A stretch of 64,000 nt of DNA, taken from assembly GCA_903813345.2 (NCBI GenBank), contig CAIIXF020000001.1, forward strand, positions 34,038,001 to 34,102,000, in the 5' to 3' direction. A program made the translations under genes and the position numbers. Shown piece by piece: positions 12,332 through 22,188 of this stretch (positions are counted from its first letter, which is position 1; each line of letters starts with the position of its first letter). The notes beneath the pieces are model-generated. The model was not told the DNA's origin. It worked only from the letters and a program-made list of their open reading frames with translations, and did no database searches. The stretch comes from Owenia fusiformis. Taxonomy: Eukaryota.

Positions 12332-15300
12332 CACTGTGGCTAATCGACATATGTGAATGTAGTCATATGCATGTAATGTATCGGAAGTGCCCGTCTCTTT
12401 ACTTTTCAATGGAATTTTTTTTCACTTTAGTTTAAATGATCTATATTTACTCATCCGTGGATATACCTCATTGATTTACCAAACCAGAGCTAGCCTATAA
12501 ACACACATTCGGTTATTTTCTTACGGCAATTAGATAACTCAAACGAGTTCCCTTGACCAGTTTTATCATCTCGCTCACAGCTGTGAGAAGGTATGTATAA
12601 TTTGCCATAGGTTTAGTTTATAACGGAGAATAAAAAATTCAAGTAATATAATTATTTCACGTATCCAAATATGTCTGTGTGAAGTAAAATACATATACAA
12701 CACGTTTTATAATATTTTTTGGGTTATGGTATGAAATATCCGTTTTGAAAAAGCAATTTAATTATGATGCATCATGTGGATTAGTGGAGGTTATTATTGG
12801 ATTCAATTATCAGACTGACTAGGTTATAGTTGAATTATTTTGAATTTGTGTATTTTTTAATGTTTTACATATATTTCTTAAACGCTTTCACCAGATACAA
12901 TAAGATGAAATAACTATGGTTGCTTATAATCTTGAGTTGAAACAATAATACAACAAAAATTAACTTTTACAGTAGCATATGGTCCATATTTGATGCCTGG
13001 CGATAAACTCATGTGTGATATCAGGAAGAATCATAATTTGAAAGTTTATGAAACAAAATAGTATGATCAATTGAGTCAAAGGCTTTCAAAAAATCGTTTT
13101 TGCATAATGGTCACCTTCATTTGCATATGTAATTTTCCCCCAAGGTTGCCCTTTGTCCAACCCAGCAAAATCACTTCATAAAACCTTTATGATAGAGATT
13201 CCGCAATAAAACATCGTGTTTTTAAAAATCCAAACGTTCAGAAAATGAAAATCCATTAGGTAAAATAATCCACAGTGTCCAAAAACAATAAAAAATGCTA
13301 TATTGGTAATCGGAAATATTGTAAATCAATATTAGTATTCTTGAATTTGAATCATTTGTTTAAAGGAATCTTTCTGGTCCATCTGTTGATTGCTCATCGT
13401 GATTGTCAAGGGATGTTAATGGGTCTGGAACTTGATCTTTGAATTTACTTGATTGTTGAACCTGATTTCAATATTTTCATCGTCATTTTTCAAGTTCACA
13501 GTATGAGGGATGAAACCATAGGTTTTTCTTCTGTAATAGCATTTTCTGGTTGATAGATTTATATCTAGTCTATCAATTCTTAATTCTTAATAAGGGCGTC
13601 TTGAAATGGTGTGGTCAATTGCTTCGCTGGATGAGGAATGTTTATCCAAGCAATGAATACACAAGAAATCTGACTAGTTGTTCTTCTGTAAATAAATCTT
13701 CATGATAAGTATATATGAGTATAGTTTAGTATAGTTTATAATAGCATCCATTTGTTACTGTTCTGAATCCAAATGATACATGTTGGCATCCGTTTTATAC
13801 ATATATGTTTACGTTTACGAAATGTTGTTCAAATATCTTCTCTATTACAAGAATGTAGTTGCTGAAACTTTCCGATATTGTCATACTATATACACATTGA
13901 ATATGGATGCAATATTTCAAGACTCAATGTTAAGCAGGGACTCTGAAATCACTCACCTCGATTTGCTGTTATATTTTTGCATATTTTGTATGACCCCATT
14001 CGGCTTACGGACAACTCATCCCCTAGACAACTCATCCCTGGACAACTCATCCCTGGACAACTCATCCCCTAGACAACTCATCCCCTGGACATCTCATCCC
14101 CTGGACAACTCATCACCTGGACATCTCATCCCCTAGACAACTCGTCCCCAAGACAAATCATCCCCTAGACAACTCATCCTCTATCAAATGAAGCCAAATT
14201 GTAAAGTTTTTTTGGAAAATAAATATTTATTAAATACATCTTGAACCATTCTTAATATTATTTTTCACTTTATTGTCACAAGTTAAACGGTCAAATGGTG
14301 CCATTAAATCTTTCATATTTTGTACTTATATTACATGACTTAATATTTCATGACAAAAAAATAAAGTTTTCTCTCTGCATAATTTTGAAACATGAACTTC
14401 AGTAACTTCATCTGTGACTGCTGTGAAATATCTTTGGATTAAAGCCTAGGAGGGGGGGGGGGTACTCCCATATATTGGCTATATGGGGACGTGCCGCTAA
14501 AGTGGGTCACTTTTTCGCTAAAGAATCCCTAGATGTCACGGGGTACCATCGAATAATTTTGGCAACGTACCGGAGAACGACATTTTACTAAGAAATGGCA
14601 ATGATTTAGCACAATATATTTTTTAACTAGAGTTCTACTTTGATTTTGACAAAAGTAAGTATTCCATGCAATGGCTATTTCATTCATGAGTTTGTAGGAA
14701 TTCTGTTGGAACCCAGTTCTGATCAAGTACGAAGTTATTGAAATCGGCGCAGTCGGACTTTACTCCGAAAGATGGTTTTTCGATTATAACTTTTTACAAC
14801 ATTTAAGTATAGACTTTTGAAAAAGTACAGAATAGTCCTTATACTATTGAATAATTCTATTATTTCTGATTCACACGACTCTGATTTTTTTAATTTAAAA
14901 AAAAGTTTTAAAAATATTACTTAGGAACGTAACCGGAGCTGGGAACGTAACCGGAGCAGATCAGTTGAATTATATAATTAAAAAAAATAAAATATATGAT
15001 TTAAAGCATATATATTATTTACAAACACATATGAATGTTAAAATGAGCATTTATTACCCTTCACTTACAGGAAAATCAATGCATGGCAAAACATATAAAT
15101 TTTCTAAAGATATATTTTTTGCACTTATATTTTAGAGTATCAAAAAATTCACTGATAGGTATTGCTTCAGTGGGAAGCTTGGAAGTAACACAAGGAGATA
15201 CATGTATAGTACAAAGTTCTGTCAAACAAAGAAGAGGCAGTCATCAGTCGCATCGCTAATTAAAAGCAAATAGGCCTAATACAAAAGTGATGCCATAAAA

Positions 15301-15338
15301 TAGTTATTTTTTCATGAGTTAATAAATTCCTAAATTGT

Positions 15339-15600
15339 TCAGTGATTTTTTTTAATGTGATTGATCATGTTTGCCCTTTTCTTCCATGTTTTTCCACAAT
15401 GGGGACATTCAAATACAACTTTTCCGGGGGTAATCCTTTTGTGTTTGTCCAGATATTCCTTGGTTTTAAAGGATCGTACTTCCATATCACTAAGTCCATT
15501 TTCTTGACATAGTATAATAGAGTGGGTTCTAATAGTTCGCTGAACAAATACAATGGGTGAAATCAAATGGAATTATTTGCTTACTACATTTAATCACTTC
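15339..15600 (-). pseudogene. Decayed zinc-finger coding remnant (C2H2 finger, possible PHD fragments) inside the level-4 transposon
   Basis: FECPHCGKTWKKRANMINHIKKNH* is a canonical C2H2 finger. Upstream frameshifted pieces read THCICSAN and IILCQENG. Confidence 0.55.
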
Positions 15601-15612
15601 ATTCTCCATACA

Positions 15613-15643
<31 letters not shown>

Positions 15644-15816
15644 ATTATTAAATTAATCATTTGTACAAAGAATACATACAATAATACAGTGTAAGTGGCT
15701 GTGCTTTTAGCATTATTAGCCACGTTCTACAATTACAATATACAATGTATTCAATCAATAATATTTGATTAAAATAAATGAGATACAATAAGATAAAAGT
15801 TGTTTTGTGGAGGATT

Positions 15817-18800
15817 TCAGACATTTACACATCGCTCGAAGAAAATGGCACTGCACTTTAAAACAATCAGATTCTCAGCTCTACTTAATGTTTTATCACC
15901 ATTGAGGATCAGAGAAAGTTTATCACGTTGTGTCTTATATTTACGGGAGTATTGTATATTCATATTTTTTAGTTGGTTTTCTAATTCAGTCCAGAATGTT
16001 AATCTCAAGTTACATCGAAAAATCACATGGCTGGTTGTTTCACTGTTAATACCACATGAACAGATAGGGGAATTTACATTGGTAAAGTTATGCGAGTAAA
16101 GGTGAGCCTTGAAAATGAAATCACATCGTACTCTGTTAAATATAATTTCTTGGTTTCTTGAGATGGACAGTTCTGATGAGTTAATGACAGTTTCGTTAAA
16201 AATATTTCTTTTAAGGCTTGATTTAAATATGCTTAAGCTAGATGAGTTCTTTATATCAGATGGCAGTAGATTCCATTCTGATATTGTTTTTGAGATACAA
16301 GATCTTTCATAAAATTTGGATTTAACTGGTAAAATATAGTCAAGTTGGTGTCTTAGTACATGTGTTTGATTTCTTTTTAGTGGTTCAAATATCTCAGTAA
16401 CATAAGAAGGCAGCAAATTGTTGTGAGCTCTATACATAAAGGTAGCTCTATGATATTGACGTCTATTTGAGAGTGTGGGCCAATTTAAAGTATTCAACAC
16501 TTTTGTGGTTGATGTTCCATGCATGGCACCTGAACAAATAAGTGCAGCTTTATAGTAAAGGCGGTCTAAAAGTTGTAGTTTTGTCAAATTTGCACATCCG
16601 TAAAGAATATCACAATAATCAAAGAGTGGCAAAATAAAAGACTTAAAAATTGTTTCAAGGTGTTTTCCACTTATTTTCTTACTGAAGACTTTTAACGGAT
16701 TTATGAGTTTATCTATTCTTGCTACAAGTTCAGTAATGTGATAGTCAAAAGTGAGATTTTTGTCCAAAATCAACCCCAAGTGCTTGTGATTGTTTACTCT
16801 TGGTAACTTGTCATTACCAAGGGAAAGATCTGGGGTCAAAATTTCGCGCTTTCTTGGATTAAAAAAAGTCATATCTTTACTTTTACTAGCTTTGAAGTTT
16901 AATTTCCATGTATTTGACCATAAGAGAATTTTATTTAGATCCTCTTGTAATTCATTATTCTTAGCAGCTGCTGTTTCAGCTGTGAAGGATTGGTAAAGTG
17001 ACGTGTCGTCTGCATATATAAAACATTTGGTACTTAAGTTATCAGGTAGATCATTGATATAAATTAAGAACAGGAGGGGGCCTAATATGGAGCCTTGAGG
17101 TACTCCTGCGTTTATATGGTTCATCTCAGATAGTTCAGACTCATGGCCATCCAATACAACTTTTACTTGTCTATTTGATAGGTAAGATTTCATTAATTCT
17201 ATGATGTTATGACCAAAACCATACATTTTCAGTTTTTTTAATAGTAGCCCATGGGGCATTGAATCAAAGGCGGCCGAAATGTCAAGATAAATCCCCCTTA
17301 CATTGGCCCCATTTTCAATTTCATTAGTTATGACATCAATTATACTTAAAAGCTGTGCCTGGGTGCTGTGACCTGGCAAAAATCCACTTTGGAGGTTATA
17401 AAATAAATTGTTCAAAATGAGATGGTCAAAAAGTCTTTTGAAGATTACGCGTTCTGCAACTTTAGATATACAGCTCAGAAGAGTGATAGGTCTATAATTT
17501 TTTACATCTGTTTTGTCTTTACTTTTATGAATTGCTACAACGTGGCCTATCTTCCAAGAATGGGGGTATTTATTAAGAATGAACATTTTGTTTAATAATT
17601 TTGATAATATGGGTGAAAGTGATGGTGCTGCCATTTTAAGCATTCTATTGCTTAACATGTCAGGGCCAGTAGCTTTATTTGTATCTAACCCAAGTAAAAT
17701 GCTATAAACCTCTCTATCATTAGTAGAGAGTAGGTCAAAAGATTGATCAGTTCTTGGAATAAAAGTTTCATTTCCTTCTTGATAGTTTATATGATATTTG
17801 TCAATGAAATGAGACAGTAGCAAGTTTGCTTTGTCATGGCTATCAGTGTAACTGTTACCTCTAGCATCACAAAGAAGTGGTATTTTACTATTTTTACATT
17901 TTCCCAAAAGCCTACTTACAATTGACCAGTATCCTTTGCTTCCATATCTCTGATTACTTAATTTATAGTACAACCTTGATTCCATTGCCTCTTTGGCCTC
18001 ACGAATAGCATCATTAACAAGATTACATTGATCAGTATATTTTTTAAAGTATTTGTCATCATGTGTTTTCCTGTACTTTCGATGTAATTTATTTCTTTTA
18101 TTTATCAAGGTTTTGATATCGCTTGTAAACCATGGCTTATCCGTAGGTTTAATTTCAATGTCAGAGTTTGGAATAAGATCTGTAAAAATTGCAAGTAACC
18201 CTCTAGAAAAATTGCTTACTATGTCATCTAAGTCATTACTACTATCTATCAAATGATCAAAGTCTGCTGCTCGAACTGAATTGTTAATTATACTTATATC
18301 TGCTTGGTCATATTTCCAAATTTTTCTTGAATAGGGACGGTTTTTAAGAGTTTTAAGAAAACACTCCGTGTTTATTGAGCAATGGTCAGTGTTTCCAATC
18401 GGAGGAGAGACATAGGCATTTGTTATAATATCAGGGCTATTTGAAATGAGAAGATCGATACATGATCTACTAGTATTTGTTATTCGCGTAGGTTCATCTA
18501 TAAGCTGAAAAAGTCTAAGTTCTTCAATGTGTTCAAATATTTTTTTTCCTGTGAGATTTTCATTGTCTGAGGCCCACCATTGTTTACTCCTTGCATTAAA
18601 ATCTCCATTAATAAAAATTGCTTCTGGGTTAGAGTCAAGTGCCATATTGCATGAGTTTGAGAACCTAGTGCAGAATTCATTTGCCTCATTTTGAGTTTGC
18701 GATGGTGACCTATAATAAATTGCATATAGATATGACTTGTGGTTAATGCTCAATTCAATCCATAAGGAGTCACCCTGATCATTCATAAGGTCATTTCTAA

Positions 18801-19512
18801 TTTTAAAAGGGATATCATCTTTAACATATATCAATAGGCCTCGATTTTTATTCGAGTATACATGACAATGACCATCTATAGAATAATCAGAAGAAACTGT
18901 CAAATCAGTTAGATTTCCAACCTCACAAAGTCCAATAATGTCATTTCCATTGATCTGTATTCTATCTTTAAGTGCTTCAAATCTGGCATTTACATTTGCA
19001 CTTATACTGTTTATATTTGAGAATAAAATCTTTGTGAGCTTAAAATGATTTGTAGGTCCTGGATTCTGATGAACATCATTACTCAGTAAAAGAATAGCTT
19101 GAACAGTATTAGGAATATAACATAAAATAGCACAGAATGGAATGAACAATAAAACTATACTAGCAAACATCTTCATTATGTAAAATGTACCAAAATGTTT
19201 GTGATTGCTATGAATATAGACAATTGTGCCCATGAAAGTTAAACCATGGATGACAACTAACAATGTACTAATGCATCCAAATAAAATCTTACAAGAATTC
19301 AAAGTGATTTGCCTGCTTGAATCTGCTCTGTAGAGCTCAAAACCACATATCAATGTAAGGCAAATGTACAATGGAATCCAAGAAAATGAGTTAAAATAGT
19401 CGAGTATGCAACTGCTGTCATTTTTGACTTTTCTGTTATTAACTGATATAAAACACTTTCTACTGTTGTGCATTCCAACACTCATCCTCCAGGCAGTGAC
19501 ACTAATGCCCAT
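15817..19512 (-). CDS. LINE ORF2: hydrophobic leader, 2A-like motif, APE endonuclease, reverse transcriptase, C-terminal Cys/His finger
   Basis: 1231 aa uninterrupted. APE motifs NINS, GLCE, YYRSP, GDFNA, IDL, TDH. RT motifs YRPITLLS, LDISAAFD, GVPQGSILGPLLFLIYIND, YADD, HLG. C-terminal CSCG..ETTSHVIFRC. Confidence 0.95.
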   Translation of the reverse strand: MGISVTAWRMSVGMHNSRKCFISVNNRKVKNDSSCILDYFNSFSWIPLYICLTLICGFELYRADSSRQITLNSCKILFGCISTLLVVIHGLTFMGTIVYIHSNHKHFGTFYIMKMFASIVLLFIPFCAILCYIPNTVQAILLLSNDVHQNPGPTNHFKLTKILFSNINSISANVNARFEALKDRIQINGNDIIGLCEVGNLTDLTVSSDYSIDGHCHVYSNKNRGLLIYVKDDIPFKIRNDLMNDQGDSLWIELSINHKSYLYAIYYRSPSQTQNEANEFCTRFSNSCNMALDSNPEAIFINGDFNARSKQWWASDNENLTGKKIFEHIEELRLFQLIDEPTRITNTSRSCIDLLISNSPDIITNAYVSPPIGNTDHCSINTECFLKTLKNRPYSRKIWKYDQADISIINNSVRAADFDHLIDSSNDLDDIVSNFSRGLLAIFTDLIPNSDIEIKPTDKPWFTSDIKTLINKRNKLHRKYRKTHDDKYFKKYTDQCNLVNDAIREAKEAMESRLYYKLSNQRYGSKGYWSIVSRLLGKCKNSKIPLLCDARGNSYTDSHDKANLLLSHFIDKYHINYQEGNETFIPRTDQSFDLLSTNDREVYSILLGLDTNKATGPDMLSNRMLKMAAPSLSPILSKLLNKMFILNKYPHSWKIGHVVAIHKSKDKTDVKNYRPITLLSCISKVAERVIFKRLFDHLILNNLFYNLQSGFLPGHSTQAQLLSIIDVITNEIENGANVRGIYLDISAAFDSMPHGLLLKKLKMYGFGHNIIELMKSYLSNRQVKVVLDGHESELSEMNHINAGVPQGSILGPLLFLIYINDLPDNLSTKCFIYADDTSLYQSFTAETAAAKNNELQEDLNKILLWSNTWKLNFKASKSKDMTFFNPRKREILTPDLSLGNDKLPRVNNHKHLGLILDKNLTFDYHITELVARIDKLINPLKVFSKKISGKHLETIFKSFILPLFDYCDILYGCANLTKLQLLDRLYYKAALICSGAMHGTSTTKVLNTLNWPTLSNRRQYHRATFMYRAHNNLLPSYVTEIFEPLKRNQTHVLRHQLDYILPVKSKFYERSCISKTISEWNLLPSDIKNSSSLSIFKSSLKRNIFNETVINSSELSISRNQEIIFNRVRCDFIFKAHLYSHNFTNVNSPICSCGINSETTSHVIFRCNLRLTFWTELENQLKNMNIQYSRKYKTQRDKLSLILNGDKTLSRAENLIVLKCSAIFFERCVNV

Positions 19513-21147
19513 TTTAATATTAATTCATAGATGCAATATAAGAAAAGAAACCGTACTATTTACAGATAAATTATCTGATGTGTCATGTCTGGTGAACACT
19601 TGCTATATGAAATACTGTTCCCTTGATTCCTTATAGTAGCTTATTGAATATGTAATAAAGTAGCTAAGAAAGTAAGGGTTTCACACCAATTAGTTGAAGA
19701 GTTTCTCCACAAAACAACCTTTATTTTAAAATATTTAGTTAAAATTGATTAAAGTCAAGATATAAAACAAATGTAGAAAAGTACAGTTATAGTACTTGAC
19801 TTTTACTGTAAGTGTTTGGCTCTGAAAACGGCAAACTCAATGTTCTATCTGTTCAAAGGCAAAAACTTTTGAAAATATGTACAGAGTAACTCATTTCAGG
19901 TGAGCAGTGTTTCAGTAAAGTGAAATGCACCTATTAGCGCTACTGATTGGCGCAATGTAAGGTCATGACCTTGGATCTATGCCAAAACAGTGTTTACATT
20001 GAGAGTGATATATACCCGCACATAAGTTTCACTGTAACATAAATGTATGGTTTGTTCCAAGTATATATCTTCTCAGATCCCAATGTGGAAAAAAGATAAA
20101 TTCTGCACTTATATTTTAATACTATCGAAGTGTAATTAAAACCATTATGATATCATCATATTGATATCATCATATTGATATATAACTGTTTCTAAAGAGA
20201 GGAACTGAAGTGTACAGTGACCATTTATCACGTTTTTATCCCTATTCAACAACGTAGAAACACAGTATAGAAGCATTGATTTGTCGAACACACTACAAGA
20301 TCTCAATGCATCAACTGGTCTTGAATATAAAGGGCATTAGTAAAATGTGTTGAGAAAATTCATTGGCACCGACATGTAAGCGTATCATGGCTAGCCTGTG
20401 GTCTGATCAGCTGTGTTACTTGTCATTCTAAATAAGAAGCCCAGAATAGTCATGTAGTTTCAGTGACAGTTTCCTGATCGATAATTTCGTATAGAACTTC
20501 AAATAGTAATGTACAGTACATAGAGCTTGCCATGAAACGATTTACCATGTATAAATGTTTATATATACAATATACATAAATACCTTAGTACTGTGGGGCG
20601 CCTGGGGTATATAGTCACCTTCATCTTGTGAGACAACAACTAACTGTACAAATGTTTAGGTTCGTGTGCCGTACAGGTCATTTTGACTTGCGCGCATGCG
20701 CAATGTGCATGGTAAACAAAAACAAATGTATTTCAGTACAGCCCGAGTGGAAATAAACTGCACAAAAGAATCTGTTTTACGATTCCTGTTTTGTTGTGAT
20801 TCAAAATACCCCAGTTGCTACAGTCGTATTTGTTTTGTATATGACATATAAATGTAACATTTGATCCATCTAAAAGAGGAGTTTACACATTTTTACCTGG
20901 AAAATCATTGTAAATAACCTGGGAACACTAGACCATTTTATTCCAAGGAATAACTTGAGGATTTTAGTTAAAGTCAGTTTATTTTTCGGCTGATCCAGAT
21001 ATTGAACTCGTTAGTTGATCAGAAAAGTCTGTCCTTTGGTAATTATTAGAACAGTTCAAGTTGTAGTTAGCGAAGATTGTTTACTGCCGAGAAAGCACAA
21101 TGTACAAATAATAGTCACCTACATAGTATTGGGTCATCACCCAGTTC

Positions 21148-22188
21148 CTAGAATCTTGAAGGCCGTATCAGTGGTGCACCACGAGATGTCCCTGGCGTAG
21201 GTCTGATAGCTCCTCCACGTCCGCTTCTGTTTCCCCATACATTCGCCCTTCCTCCTCTGGATGGTCCGGCGGGTCGTGGATCTCTGTTGCTTGGGTCAGG
21301 GGGTATCATATTGATGATTTCATCCAAATTGTCGCCATCCGTCACCTCGAATGTGTGCCGTTTTTTTCCAGTGGGGATTGCATGGATCTTGCCATACGAG
21401 CTCCAGGCCCTCTCGATCTCTTCATGCTGTTTCAGTTTGTATAATAGATCCCTATTCATAGGACTTAAATCTTCATAAATGACAAGCCGGGATCCTTTTA
21501 GGAGGCGTTTGTTTTGCATAACCCAGTCTTTGACAGGTCGAAATTTAAATTTAACTATGATCGCACGGGGTTTCGCATCCTTTGTAGCAAGGGAATAGGG
21601 ACCTAGCCTGTGTGATACCTCAATATCGTTTTCTTCAATGGGAATGATTTCTTTCAGGCTATCCACGACACTAGCTGGGCAATTTTCCTTACTTGCTTCA
21701 TCGGGATTTTGCATTTCAGGCACACCTAGGATTCGGATTGTGTTTTTCCTTGAGTATTGTGCGTTGTGGTTAGTACTTTTTGTCAGATCATCTACACGCT
21801 CGTTTAGTCTCTTGATATCAGCTTTTAAGTCCTGGTTTTCTTTTTTAAGGTCAGTGATGAGATTGTTAGTGTCTTTCATGGCTGCAGACATGGCTTTAGA
21901 GACTGCTCTATCGATAGAGTTTTCTAATTTTGCTTCAAGTCTGTTCATGAGTATATCCATGCAGTTTAGGAGCTTAGGATCTACATCTGTAGTATCCTTG
22001 GCATGAATCGTATCATGACATGTAGTAAACTCCTCACCAGTTTCACTGAAGGCACCCGTACTATCATCTCGCTGTTTACGTTTGCTTTTCTGTCGCTGAT
22101 CACCGTCTGGTCCTCCATCTTGTCCGCCATTTGCAAAAATCGGTTTATCTGAGCCGCTCATAAAGTCCGTTATTGTTGCTTGTGACAT
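21148..22188 (-). CDS. LINE ORF1: coiled coil, L1-type RRM/CTD, RGG-rich tail
   Basis: Heptad region LKKENQDLKADIKRLNERVDDL, then QYSRKNTIRILGVPE, HRLG, RAIIVKF, IYEDLS, WSSYGKI; tail SRGGRANVWGNRSGRGG. Confidence 0.9.
   Translation of the reverse strand: MSQATITDFMSGSDKPIFANGGQDGGPDGDQRQKSKRKQRDDSTGAFSETGEEFTTCHDTIHAKDTTDVDPKLLNCMDILMNRLEAKLENSIDRAVSKAMSAAMKDTNNLITDLKKENQDLKADIKRLNERVDDLTKSTNHNAQYSRKNTIRILGVPEMQNPDEASKENCPASVVDSLKEIIPIEENDIEVSHRLGPYSLATKDAKPRAIIVKFKFRPVKDWVMQNKRLLKGSRLVIYEDLSPMNRDLLYKLKQHEEIERAWSSYGKIHAIPTGKKRHTFEVTDGDNLDEIINMIPPDPSNRDPRPAGPSRGGRANVWGNRSGRGGAIRPTPGTSRGAPLIRPSRF

Noticed and set aside
12332..12375. True V(D)J recombination signal sequence
   Set aside because: Heptamer-like end only; no ACAAAAACC-like nonamer at 12 or 23 bp and no antigen-receptor segments.
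14009..14180. Regular short repeats resembling a CRISPR array
   Set aside because: The units are contiguous with no unique spacers, have an inverted counterpart at 23630-23767, and there are no cas genes; they are transposon subterminal repeats.
14529..14726. Duplicated small ORF MIRTGFQQ (also 22807-23049)
   Set aside because: Both copies lie in the two TIRs of one transposon; no sign of real coding.
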